The position numbers and the translations under genes are program-made. Under the pieces are notes generated by a model. It was not told where the DNA came from. It ran no database searches and saw nothing but the letters and a program-made list of their open reading frames with translations. DNA of 64,000 bases, from contig OZ374557.1 of NCBI GenBank assembly GCA_977862235.1, forward strand, positions 2,542,001 to 2,606,000. Reading direction: 5' to 3'. Every line of letters starts with the position of its first letter. Position 1 is the stretch's first letter. Source of the stretch: Dudresnaya verticillata. Taxonomy: Eukaryota. This document shows, in pieces, positions 56,567 to 64,000 of the stretch.

Positions 56567-59500
56567 ATGGGGTTCCTGGCCCCTTGGTTGGAGAGTCCCT
56601 CGATTCATCGTCGACCGACGGGACTCGGGGCGAGGAACCCAGCCACTTACCGCGGTTATCCCCGCAGATGTCCGATCCACCAACGGACATCTCCGACGCG
56701 GAAAAACAGCGTAGACCTGCTCCCTTGCGCCGTCCATGGCACAGGGTACGGCAGCGTCGAGACACCGATGAATTGTGCGTTCTTGCGAAGCGCAACTTCA
56801 AGGTGTATGCCGAGATCGGCGCAAGAATGGGCCTGCTCGCCCGTAAGCAGAGTGTCCTTGACACGGGTGCAGGTCCCAACTTCATCCGGAAGTCAGAGCT
56901 TCCACCGGAGATGAACTCCTAAATCAATTCCATGGCCCTACCCACGATTGCGGATGCGAATAACAAGCCGATAACCGATGAAACGTCCCCCGGACTACGC
57001 GCCGTTACCGGCAGAGCATGAGTTCGACAAGGTAAAGGGGCGCTCCTCGCAGAACGTACGCGTGGCGTTGAAGACCACTCTTCCTGCTCAATCGCAGACG
57101 TGGGTCACGGTTACCACGGAGAGGGCTGGAGTCGTTTGCCTCCAGCCTAGTAACACGCCGTACGAACGACAGGGCGTGATCGCTACGAATGGTATTACCG
57201 AGCTCGAGCCCTCGCGCCCGTTTCGGATTCTACTCGCGAACTTCTCGCGTCGACCGCAAACACTGGTGAAGGACCAAGTGGTGGCGATAGCGCTTCCACA
57301 TCCCACAGAAATCATCCCGAGTCATCTACAGCTCGCGGATGTGCTGGGCCTGATGGAAGTCGCTGACGACACCCAGCCGGGGACAACCCCACAAGCAGAA
57401 GTACAAGCCGGGGAAATCCCCGAGAAGCCACCAACGGTTGAGGATCTTGACCTATCTCACCTTCCGCTGGCGCATCAAGTACGTGTGAGGGAGCTCCTCC
57501 GGAGATATTCGTCTATGTGGGACGGCCAATTAGGTGAGGTCAACACCACTGAACATTACATCGATTTACTCCCGGGGTCGCGCCTCTTTTCATCAGCGCC
57601 GTATCGAGCCGGTCCAAAGCAGCGAGAGCTGGAACAGACCGAAGTTGAACGGATGCTTCGCGCCGGGGTTATCGAGCCCGCATAGTCGCCTTGGGCATCC
57701 CCAGTCGTGTTCGCGCCAAAGAAGGACGGCACGTTACGATTCTGCGTCGACTAACGACGGTTGATCGCCCTCACGGGGCGCGACACGTACCCGCTCCCGC
57801 AGATGGACGAGTGCATCGACTCGCTGGGTGACGCGTCGGTAATCAAGACCTTGGATTGCAATTCGGGGTATTGGCAAATCCCCATTGCACCCCGCGATCG
57901 TGACAAAACCACGTTTAATTGCCACGCGGGTCTGCTCCGCTATCGACAAATGCCCTTCGGGCTCACTAACGCTCCCGCGACGTTTCAGCGTACATTGGAT
58001 ATACTCCTGTCGGGAGTTAAGTGGAGGATGTGCCTCGTGTATCTCGACGATGTGATCATCTACTCGCGGGATATCGACTCCCATTACCAACACGTTGAGG
58101 AAATCCTCGCTACGCTGTGGAGAGCAGGGGTGACCCTGAAACTCAAGAAATATGACTTCTTCACGGATACAATCTCCTACCTCGGGCATGTCATAAGGCC
58201 CGGACAACTTGGGATCGACCAAACCGCAGTCGCCGCATTACGCGAGGCACAACACCCTCGAACCCAGACGGAGTTGCGCTCCTTTTTGGGTCTCTGCAAT
58301 GTCTACCGGCGGTTTGTTCCCGATTACGCACACGTGGCTGCTCTCCTCAAAAAGCTACTCAAGAAGGACCAGCCGGTTAAATTGGCACCGTTCGGAGCCG
58401 AAGCCGACGCGGCGTTCCGCGCGCTGATAAAAGCGGTGATCGAACCCCCTATTTTCGGCTTACTCAAGCCGGGGCTCGCATATTCCGTCGACACCGACGC
58501 CAGTCAGTATCAAGTAGGGTGTGCCCTGTTCCAAACAACCGCCGACGGCGAACGACGTCCACTCGGATATTTCTCCCGGTCACTGACAGCAGCGCAGAAA
58601 ACTTATTCCGTATCCGAACAGGAATGTCTCGCTGTCGTGTGGGCGGTCACCACGTTGAGGCCTTACCTCCAGTTGGAGCACATTATGATCCACACGGATC
58701 ACTCGTCACTGAGATGGCTCATGGAAATCAACGACCCGTCTGGTCGGCTTATGCGATGGCGCCTACGCCTTTCCAAATTCGACTTTGACGTCAAGTACAA
58801 GAAGGGACGGCTCAATACCCATGCCGACGCGCTGTCACGTTTGCGCACCCTGGGCGAGACCCAGCAACGTATCGATGACGACATTACCTGCTTCGTGGCC
58901 GACCACGCTCTTGCTACGAACGAAGAGGATTTTCTCTCCCACGACTATGACGCTTTTGACTGGTTGCTGGTCTCCACCCCACCTGCACAACACGAAGACT
59001 TGCTTCGGCCGATTTCTACCGAGGAACTACTTCGTGCGCAATTGGGCGACGCGTTATGCACTCACTTGCGTTCGCGTCTTAACGGGGGGGAGGTACTGCC
59101 CTTTCGCGTTAATGATGACGGAATTCTAGTCCGGACTGTCGAGGCCGACCCCCACGTCGAGATTCCATTCGTGCTTCGAGAACGCGTCCTACATATGACG
59201 CATCATGCGAAGATCGCTGGTCATCCAGGTGGACGCAAGCTTTTCTACTCCCTACGTCGCCACTTTTATTGGCCGTCAATGGCAGTGGATTGCTATACCA
59301 CGGTTCGGAACTGCGTCACGTGCGCGAGAAATCGAGTCAAACTCCGACGTGTGTCCGAGTACCTACGGCTATTCCCGGCGACAGCGCCGTTTGAACAGGT
59401 TTCGATTGACCTTCTCGGAGAACTCATCCGGTCCAAGCGTGGCAACCGATTCCTACTGGTTATCGTGGACAGCTATTCGAAGCTCACGCGGACTATACCG

Positions 59501-61790
59501 CTCAAAAGGATATCCGCGATGGAGATCACGAAGGCGTTCGTCCACCATTGGGTCTTCGTCTATAGACCACCGAAGACATTACTGTCGGATACCGGACCGC
59601 AGTTCACCGCGAAGCTATTCAAATTGATCTGTGGCTTACTGGGTGTCAAGAATCTGTTCACAACCATGTACCATCCCCAGACGAACGGGCAAGTCGAGCG
59701 ATTTAATCGCGCGAGCCTACGCCACTACGTCGCGGACCACCCGCGTGATTGGGACCTATTCAGTGATGCGCTCACGTACGCTTACAACACGCAGGTCCAC
59801 ACTGCGACGAAACTGGCACCTTTCCAATTGGTTCTGTCACGCTCGCCGCCGCCGCTGGCTATCGAGGCCGAACCCTCGCTACGGAGCTTTTCGTCTACTG
59901 CGAAGTATCGCGAAAAGTGGCAGGAATGGCTACGCGGACTGATGGAAACCGCAGGTAAGGAACTCGCTAAGTCGCAGGCGCGCTACAAACGCGACTGCGA
60001 TGCAAGAGTGCGGATACCCGCGGAAGTAATCAGCAACGGCTCGCACGTCTTCGTCCGAAAAGCGTACTACGTCAGGGATGCCCCTAAACATAAACTCGCG
60101 CCGATCAGCGATGGACCATATCGGGTTGTGGGGGCCGAGGGCGACACAGTCGTTCTCAACATGGGGAACGACACCCAAGAGCGGATTTCCCGCGACCGGA
60201 TGGTCCTGGAACCCTCACCTGAGCCTACCCTTGCGACTGATGGCGAAAGGGCAGGAACGGATCACGTGGAAGCACTTCCTGCGCCAGGTGACAGCGGACT
60301 GCGCCGCGAAACCAACGAGCAATGGCCAAGTACTGCGCTGCCATCAGCTCCCATTAACCGTGGACGCGGATTGGCTGATCTGCCGCCACAGGGCGACCCT
60401 GGAATTGGCAACAGCCAACAGTATGCACGAATCATAACGAGGATTCCCGCGGCCTTGCGTACTACCGCATCTCCCATGCCGGCGGCGGCAAATGACAGGG
60501 AGTCAATCAAGCCGCCCCCTGGTGAACAGACAGGCCAAAAGCCGCTCGCAGATCATGCCGCAGACGCACGCCACCCTGAACCTACCGCCCGCCGGGGGCC
60601 ACCTTTGGCGGTCCCTGAAAAAGGGGAGTTTGGCAGAATAGTGGAACCACCGCGGGTAGCAACCAATGTGTCAGCGGAGTCACCTCCGCGGCCTAGTCTC
60701 ACTTTGTCGGAAGAAACCCGAAGCGGGACACCGGCGCTACGCACGGGTAACTACGAGGGCATCCCACAGTCGGAGACGACGCATTCGCCTTCGCTGAGCG
60801 TCAAAACGGCACGACAGGCTGAAAACGGTAAGCCCAAGTTGCCTCCACCGACTGACGGACACGCGGCTGACCGCTTTCCGCGCGTCGCTGATATTACTGA
60901 CGTGGATAGGGAGCCACGGAGTCGAAGTATCAAGGTTGTGGATCACCACGCAACACCGGTACAACCAGCCCGCGTGGTCAACCCACAGAGCGAGACGTCG
61001 TCGTGGAGACCAGCTCCGTAGTAGCCGATACCGGCAGTCAAATCGGTCATACGCGCGGTCCAGCCCCCGCCGGTCGGGACTGCGAGGCGTTTAAGGGCGT
61101 GGATAGCCACGGTAATACCATAGGGGGTGACCTGGCGCCCCACGATTCGGTATTGCAAGATGACATCCGCACGAAACCGGTGAGCGACGCCTTCTTTCAA
61201 CCACGCGAGGATCACCCCTACAGCTCTCGTGACTCGTCGTCAGACGGTGCACAGACCAGACAGCTCGAGCGAGCCACAAGCGTGGACGATGTCGGCAAGA
61301 CCGGAGCCGCCTCCGAGGAACAACGAAGTAAGCCGAGCCCATCAGCGATGGCACACACCGAGGCCAATCCTCGCACAATCGTCACTCAGCCGCGTCGAAG
61401 TGCACGCTTGCGCCAGACCACAACGGGGTCGACCCCACGACAAACCACGGGTGGCATCACCACAGCACGGCGCGTGACATTCGATCAAAACCCAGTGGTC
61501 ATACCCACGACTCCTCATGCTGAGGCCAATCCTCGCTCTACAGTAACGGCACCATCTACTGTACACCCCACCACGGGAGCTCCGCCTACAATGTTTGTCA
61601 TCGAGAAAGTGGTTAACAACGAATACGCTAACGAGGGTACTCTCTACGAGGTCAAGTGGTTTGGATATCCAAGCTCCGCGAACACACTCGAGCCGATCGA
61701 AAACCTACCTCGCAGTTCCTGCGCTATTGCCGTAGGGCTAGACTGGGAACGCTCAACGAATTGCACCGCGCCATGGTGGGTTGAGGTACC
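56563..61790 (+). pseudogene. pol: Gypsy element 3 pol pseudogene (protease, RT, RNase H, integrase, long spacer, chromodomain)
   Basis: SVLDTGAGPNFI, YLDD, VDTDAS, H...H...CVTC, GQVERFNR, ISDGPYRV, and FVIEKVVNN...YEVKWFGY (61591-61720). Stops at 57683-57685 and 57752-57754, and a probable deletion in the protease. Confidence 0.95.
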
Positions 61791-63029
61791 TCAACAGGAG
61801 CTGGTTACAGCGGCAGCCCAAGTGACGAAAGCAGCCCTAACGCGTTGGATCACAATGAATAGCAAACCGTGGCCCACCACGTCGGCCGTTACCACCGCGC
61901 GTTGCGAACAGGCAATATTACAGGCCGGACGACGCCCACTACGGCAGGGAGGATGAAACGACGTTCTGGACCAACAAGTATCATTATGCGGATGAACCGC
62001 TACGACCAATATCATTACGCGAAGGATCCGTGGTGGCGGGAACTAACGCCATCTATGGCACGAGGCGAAGTTTAAAGCTAAGGCATCTGGTCCGACTCAG
62101 GTTGTCTACCAACGAACATCATCACGCGGATAGACCGCTCTCGTCATGAATGTTGTTGCTACGCCCCGCGTGAACTCCATGAGAGGCATACCCCACGACG
62201 CAAATACACTGATTACCGCCCAACGGGACTCGATATCGGGGGAAGTGACTCCCATACGTTTCCCAACAACGGACTTTAACGCGGTCGAACCGCTTCGACC
62301 ACCGCTAATGCGGTGCCGTAATGGCACCCTATGTGAGGCCAAGATCACCTATGGGGAGAGTGAGACCCTGCGCCCAGGAGGCTTGATGTTAATAACGTTG
62401 GCATACGACGGATAATCTACCATGGCTTATGACGACAATTGTTACTGTGACGCCTCACAAAGACCGCTACTACACAAATGCGAAAACCTTCGCCGGCTAC
62501 GGCAAACAAGACAAGGCGACGTTGTGAATCAATGAATATCAACACGCGGATGAGCCGCTCTGACTACTGTTATGAAGCGAAGATCCGCTGTGGCTAGCGC
62601 TAGTGCTAAGCTATTAGCTAATACATTCTAACCCAGCCACGTGTCCTGCAGCGGGGTTCTCCGTCAAGGCCTTGGACCACGCCACGTTGAAAATCAACGA
62701 GTAACTCCACGCAGGTCAACTGCCTCGGGAGTTCCTATCAAGATACCTCTGGTGGGACCGGAAGACGCGGCACGCTAACCTAGTACGTGAGTCGAGTGGG
62801 TGTTGCCAAGCAACGATAATCTATGCGCGGATCACCCGCTTCGACTGCTGTTGTCACACGCGCCCAACTCGCGCGGGTCGTAAAGTATCATCGACTACGG
62901 TAACTAAGGGCAAAGGGGAGAATGGTTGGTAAAAGGGGGTTGGCTTTACTTACGTTGACAAGCAACGAACATTTTCGCGCGGACAAACCGCTTCAACTAC
63001 ACTTATGGTGGGACCCAGTCGGCGAACGG

Positions 63030-64000
63030 TTAACGCATGAGCGATGCGAACATGGGATCCTTCGTGACGTCGCCGCCCGGCTCGGTGTCATCCCTCGCAT
63101 CCTCACCACTAAGGCCCGGAGCAGACGTCGTCGCTTCAGGCGCGGCCACGGGTTGACCAGACGGGGAAGCCCCCGGAGCAGCCTCCATTGGCTCATGCGG
63201 CGCAGTAGCGCCCATATTACCCGGAGCCGACTCCATATCCGTAGCACCCGCCTCGCCATCTGGCGTAGGCTGGCTTGCCACCGGGGCGGCCTCAGACGCG
63301 CGGGGCACTCCCGTCCCTGCTCCCGCGCTACTGCGAACCGCAGTGCTAGGACAGAGCGGGGAAGCCGCGAGGATTGCCTGGAGTCGCTTCCGTATCTCTC
63401 TCTCTGACAGGTTTAGTCCGAGGGCCACCCCCGACCGACGCAAGAAGTCAGACATGGCGATACGCGTCGGGTCAGGGGCGGACGTGGCAGACGCTCTTTC
63501 GGGGCGAGTAATGGCATCCGATGACGGTGCGACCGGGTGGGCATCATGTGGACCAGGCGTCACCTCCGCATATGCGACCAGCTGGGTCTGGGCATTCCTA
63601 ACGGGGCGGGCAGACCAAGCTCCAGCACACAACTCGCGTTGGGCGCGGGAACGCGGCCCGTTCAAGTCCGCATAAGATGCGAATGGCGCTGCAACGTCTT
63701 CCATGTCGTGGATACCCACGTTCACCTCGGAGCAATCTCCGCCTTCAGTGTTGACGCCCTGCTCCAGGGCGTCGTAAAGGTACCCACAGGGATGATCCGC
63801 CGGCATCGGCACGGGGTTATGGCGGTCATACCGAGCCTCCTCCTCGCTAACCAATTGGCGCCACCACGGGTCGTACCAAACAAAGTCCCCACATTGGGGA
63901 TGGCGACGACCCGGAGAAACGTTCCTCCGCAGGTTAGTGAGTTTGTTGTTGGCAAGCGGTACGACTGTGGGATCATCCTAGTTGAGGGAGTCATGCAACT
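63030..64000 (-). CDS. 3' part of the antisense accessory ORF of gypsy element 3 (unknown function)
   Basis: ORF 63030-63854 is open further upstream (GDFVWYDPWWRQLVSEEE...). Same position and orientation as the antisense ORFs of elements 1 and 2. Confidence 0.5.

Larger units (their letters stand above)
53079..64000 (+). mobile_element. Ty3/gypsy chromovirus-type retrotransposon 3 (runs off the window end), relative of element 1
   Basis: 5' LTR TGTAGTGCAA...TTGCACCACA (53079-53925), degenerate PBS TGTCTCCCGACTTAGAAG (53929-53946), gag, pol, chromodomain and an antisense ORF. Confidence 0.9.

Overview
Eukaryotic, transposon-dense window. The intronless 7.2-kb gene and the element types suggest a red-algal-like genome, but that is inference. 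The only clear host gene is an intact, single-exon CCR4-NOT scaffold gene, CNOT1/NOT1 (13611-20810, +). Almost everything else is nested mobile DNA. (i) A decayed non-LTR (LINE) RT fragment. (ii) Three chromodomain-bearing Ty3/gypsy retrotransposons: 3697-10542 (+, 5'-truncated), 25124-38723 (-, full-length with LTRs, PBS, PPT and TSD) and 53079 to beyond 64000 (+). Each has an extra antisense ORF downstream of pol. (iii) Two solo LTRs with perfect 5-bp TSDs, a truncated third copy, and an orphan LTR+PBS. (iv) A Mutator-like element (21895-41520, perfect 9-bp TSD GAAGACATT) with no visible DDE transposase. It carries two convergent cargo ORFs: an RG/GYN-repeat low-complexity protein and a protein with two FAR1/WRKY-like zinc fingers. 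A second, partial copy lies on the other side of CNOT1. (v) A pogo-like transposase fragment. The most interesting unexplained signals are the antisense ORFs, the element-specific palindromic hexamer enrichment (TGGCCA in one gypsy, GTCGAC in another), the two-gene MULE cargo, and a ~600-nt hairpin-dense candidate structured RNA just downstream of CNOT1. All counts and alignments were made by eye.
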